Positions 63,370-64,000 of a stretch of DNA of 64,000 bases are shown in pieces. The notes beneath the pieces were generated by a model. That model was not told the DNA's origin, made no database searches, and saw only the letters and a program-made list of their open reading frames with translations. How positions within the stretch are numbered: position 1 is the first letter of the stretch; each line of letters begins with the position of its first letter. The stretch spans positions 9,362,001 to 9,426,000 of the forward strand of contig NC_090404.1 of the NCBI RefSeq assembly GCF_036365525.1, read 5' to 3'. The translations under genes were made by a program, and so were the position numbers. Origin of the DNA: Heterodontus francisci. Its lineage: Eukaryota.

Positions 63370-63990
63370 TGTGGGAGCAATTTTGCTGAGTTTTGCTTCT
63401 ATACCTATTATTTTGTAGACAGATTAATATAATCCTAGTGAGAACGTATACACATATTCTCTCTTATATGAGTTGAAAGTATAGCCACACATTGATACAA
63501 AATGGAGTTTTATCCCGAGGCACTGTGGGACAGAGCTCACAGTTGGCGCCTGGTACAGCATAACACAGATAACGAGAGGGGGCCCCCTCTTATCAGTGAA
63601 TCTACAGACTGCCCGGCACCTTCAGGAATGCAGGCCCATTTAAGGTGATAATTGGGAGACTTCAGGATAATGGATGGGACCTGAGCTCATCAACTGATGA
63701 TCAGGGCCGGCATAAGCTGATCATGTTGCCACATGATGACTAATCAATGATTTAATTGGTACTATGTGTAATGTATGTAATCAATAACCATTCTGATTGG
63801 ATTGTGTCCAGCCAGGATGGGCTGAGTAACTGTATATCCGTTGTGGATTTCCTTTGTTCTACAGAGTAACACTGGACCGCTTTTAGGTAAGGTGTGCTCT
63901 CCATGATATCATGCATAAAGTCTGTTTATTCTCAAAGTCGGAGTCCGGAGAATTTGTTGAATCATTGGGTTAACTGGATTTTCTCCAACA
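63370..63990 (+). mobile_element. Solo LTR (different family from the ERV at 1780)
   Basis: TGTGGGAG...CTCCAACA termini with 5-bp TSD GTCAT (63365-63369 and 63991-63995), inserted in CR1. Confidence 0.85.
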
Positions 63991-64000
63991 GTCATCTTGC

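Overview
Repeat-rich vertebrate DNA, almost certainly from a shark or other elasmobranch (HE1/V-SINE-like and Deu-SINE-like SINEs, shark-type CR1, Tx1, RTE and Penelope elements). From left to right: (1) A decayed ~9.3 kb endogenous retrovirus on the minus strand (1780-11058; TSD CCGAG; tRNA-Ser PBS; Gag with two CCHC knuckles; gag-pro UGA readthrough; tether plus RNase H; an Env that looks like a viral F fusion protein rather than gamma-type). It has no normal 5' LTR. U3 is replaced by an inverted R-U5 copy, so both integrated ends are U5, the structure expected from self-priming of minus-strand strong-stop DNA on an R hairpin. (2) Two TCR alpha/delta-type V gene segments. One is intact with a canonical 23-RSS and is bracketed by an inverted copy of its own promoter; the other is split by a Tx1 LINE and has a CTCF site next to its decayed RSS. 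(3) A 3.3 kb purine-skewed minisatellite. (4) Tandemly duplicated KRAB-less C2H2 zinc-finger genes with YY1/NRF1 promoter modules. (5) Dense LINE, SINE and Penelope debris, including minimal hammerhead-ribozyme motifs, a young RTE element and a solo LTR. All alignments and counts were done by eye. Repeat boundaries are approximate unless a TSD is quoted.
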